The position numbers were made by a program, and so were the translations under genes. 64,000 nucleotides of DNA from Nitrosopumilus sp. (GTDB lineage Archaea > Thermoproteota > Nitrososphaeria > Nitrososphaerales > Nitrosopumilaceae), in NCBI GenBank assembly GCA_965207445.1, contig CBDBLX010000002.1:416001-480000 (forward strand). The letters run 5' to 3'. Under the pieces are notes generated by a model. That model was not told the DNA's origin. It worked only from the letters and a program-made list of their open reading frames with translations, and did not search any database. Positions 63,583 to 64,000 of this stretch are shown in pieces (position 1 is the stretch's first letter; every line of letters begins with the position of its first letter).

Positions 63583-63945
63583 TCATGCTGAAAAGAGTCG
63601 CAACAATTCTATATTTGGATCTTTGTCTTGAGCTTTCCATGTCATCAGAACGCTTGCAATGACACAGTATCTTTTGGCCCCCTCCATCCCCCAAAACCAA
63701 AAACTTGAATTCCGTTTGAGTACAAATGGACGTATTCCTCGCTCTGCTATGTTATTTGTAAGTGACATCTCGGGGTATTGTACTGCAGTAAACAAGTGAT
63801 CGGAGCAGTTGAATAAATATCTGCCAGATTTAGCTCCACGGTCTAGTAATTGTTCACCGATAGTTTTCACAAGTTTGATGAGTCTGTTTATTTTAGTTGT
63901 GGGTGTGTCTGGTGGCAGTGTTTTTGTGTAGTGGTATATGGCCAT
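63583..63945 (-). pseudogene. IS66-family transposase C-terminal part (may continue past the window edge)
   Basis: LFT...P....TNNIAERGIRP.VLKR, S...TWK.Q. Confidence 0.8.
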
Positions 63946-64000
63946 AACTATTCCATACAGGTATGTTGCAGTCGGATCCTTTATCTTTACAGTGTTGTTT

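Overview
Archaeal window, most likely a Nitrosopumilaceae (Nitrososphaerota/Thaumarchaeota) genome and possibly host-associated; the taxonomy is inferred from gene content and order. The core backbone is: his operon (hisG-D-C-HAD-B-H-A-F-I), a heme-copper oxidase cluster (split subunit II, subunit I, two-domain blue copper protein, heme A synthase), SRPBCC, tRNA-Lys(CTT); later a LeuA-like synthase, a FeoB-like/flavoprotein block, thrC plus a Ubl-E1 fusion, ilvE, aspartate kinase, a glycosyltransferase and tRNA-Val(TAC). Two tRNA-anchored accessory islands hold the most interesting biology. (1) About 16-36 kb: five two- or three-gene cassettes, each a secreted protein (a neprosin-like glutamic peptidase candidate, two S1 serine proteases, two paralogues of a family I do not recognise) followed by small membrane-anchored partner gene(s). 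This resembles a toxin/immunity array. The island also has a GC-rich surface protein, a 572-bp direct repeat, two inverted IS copies and several MITEs. (2) About 51.6-64 kb: a type I restriction-modification locus with two oppositely oriented hsdS genes that share perfect 38-bp and 29-bp inverted repeats around a tyrosine recombinase and a HicAB pair, a candidate archaeal hsdS shufflon. All calls are by eye from motifs; no database searches were run.
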